Of a stretch of 64,000 nt of DNA, positions 63,375-64,000 are shown one piece after another; position 1 is the first letter of the stretch; every line of letters begins with the position of its first letter. Below the pieces are notes generated by a model, which saw only the letters and a program-made list of their open reading frames with translations, was not told the DNA's origin and searched no databases. The DNA lies in the NCBI RefSeq assembly GCF_006345805.1, contig NC_042998.1, positions 132,680,001 to 132,744,000 of the forward strand, given 5' to 3'. The position numbers were made by a program, and so were the translations under genes. The stretch is from Octopus sinensis (taxonomy: Eukaryota).

Positions 63375-64000
63375 CAGCGTTGGTAGTAGTCGTTGTTGTA
63401 ATTGTTGTAGTATTTATTGATTTCGTCAAGCTTTAAAACTTTATAAATCTACAAATACGGAAGGTAGTTAAGTCGAGAGGTGATGTAACGAATGACGTAT
63501 GCAAAAAATATTTTTAGAAATTTCATATAAACATAAATCAACAATTACCTCTTCGTTGGAGAGGTTATTACTAGCAACATTCGAAGTAAAAAAAAAAAGG
63601 AGATAATTTCAAGAAATTAAGATTTAATTCCTCAAAAGTATAAATGCGTGTTTAGGGAAAGTCGTATCATTGTTTACGGGTTTAGATGTTTCCGCCTTAT
63701 TAGACCTCATCATCACAGTAATAGTCTTCTCAAGTCTGCTGTGAATAGTTGACAAGTTTTATATACAGAAAAATGTAATGAATACTTTGTAGCCAATATA
63801 ATTTGCATAATCAAAATATTTAGATAGCTCATTATATTTTAATCAAATAAATAATATAGAGTATTATCACATATATGACATTGTAAGCTGCAAAATTTCG
63901 ATCAGCATAGATAACCTAAACAATATTTTGACAAAAACTCCCTAGATGGGTGTTTAAAAAGTTAAAAGCAAATAAGGGCGATAATGCCATGAAATTCGAT

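Noticed and set aside
63681-63716. Minus-strand AUGAUGA-GGUCU-AAUA-AGGCG-GAAAC-AUC
   Set aside because: C3 and the G10.1-C11.1 pair are lost and stem I is unclear; not called as a feature.
1-64000. CRISPR-like or prokaryotic systems
   Set aside because: No regularly spaced repeat-spacer array or operon-like coding density; the window is eukaryotic intron and intergenic DNA.

Overview
AT-rich, microsatellite- and SINE-dense animal genomic DNA, most likely octopus/coleoid cephalopod (inferred from repeat make-up, not searched). One protein-coding gene is well supported: a + strand NR1J (HR96/DAF-12-like, sister to VDR/PXR/CAR) nuclear receptor. It has three coding exons (8176-8376, 11172-11338, 14629-15412; 383 aa if ATG 8176 is the start), canonical GT-AG introns, and the whole ligand-binding domain in the last exon. 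The remainder is non-coding and holds: at least four tRNA-headed SINE families; R4/Dong-type RLE retrotransposon 3' fragments sitting in (TAA)n tracts; CR1-like and Tx1/L1-like LINE remnants; a TTAA-flanked piggyBac-type MITE; several 100-140 bp-arm palindromes; and a 100-N gap at 56087-56186. The most notable observation is a set of minimal type I hammerhead-ribozyme-like folds of the Penelope-element kind. One (38166-38216) has a compensatory G3:C8 swap of the core C3:G8 pair. Two related copies (44754-44790, 59914-59949) show stem I covariation. One (60782-60847, - strand) has a perfect core with a long stem II. SINE copies in the first ~18.5 kb show heavy CpG decay while most copies further right do not. 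All alignments and folds were done by eye.
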